DNA of 62,403 bases from Macrostomum lignano (lineage: Eukaryota): positions 1 through 62,403 of the forward strand of contig NIVC01004057.1 of assembly GCA_002269645.1 (NCBI GenBank), read 5' to 3'. A program made the translations under genes and the position numbers. Positions 62,401 to 62,403 of this stretch are shown here, in pieces. The notes under the pieces are model-generated. The model did no database searches and was not told the DNA's origin. It was given only the letters and a program-made list of their open reading frames with translations. Position 1 is the first letter of the stretch. Each line of letters starts with the position of its first letter.

Positions 62401-62403
62401 GCG

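Larger units (their letters stand above)
56400..62403. mobile_element. Endogenous Polinton/Maverick (adintovirus-like) element, decayed; continues past the window end
   Basis: Abrupt AT-rich, intronless, tightly packed ORFs; retroviral-type integrase, parvovirus-like PLA2 and double jelly-roll MCP-like gene; left boundary uncertain (55678-56450). Confidence 0.9.

Overview
Eukaryotic (animal) genomic DNA, very rich in repeats. GC-rich exons, many short introns and minisatellite-filled introns resemble a free-living flatworm such as Macrostomum; this is an inference only. I reconstructed four host genes from their splice sites. (1) A 9-exon CDKL1-like (KKIALRE-type) kinase at 16270-27429 (+, 348 aa). 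(2) A 4-exon SLC9B/NHA-type Na+/H+ antiporter at 32771-37685 (+, one frameshift). (3) A 4-exon gene with a very divergent C-terminal ETS-like domain at 49410-51501 (+, 463 aa). (4) A 4-exon divergent TRPV-like ankyrin plus 6TM channel at 55185-52694 (-, 710 aa). Mobile DNA: a 2.2 kb TG...CA element inserted in a GATA microsatellite; a decayed Crypton tyrosine-recombinase transposon; a probable solo LTR; a tRNA-derived SINE family; a Harbinger-like MITE interrupted by a near full-length LINE (ORF1, APE-RT-RNase H); and a hAT-type MITE inside a SINE. The last ~6-7 kb is an AT-rich, decayed endogenous Polinton/Maverick (adintovirus-like) element. It carries a capsid gene, an apparent PLA2-integrase fusion, small membrane proteins and, most unusually, an intact-looking type II restriction-endonuclease-like ORF. 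No database searches were run; family assignments come from motif recognition.
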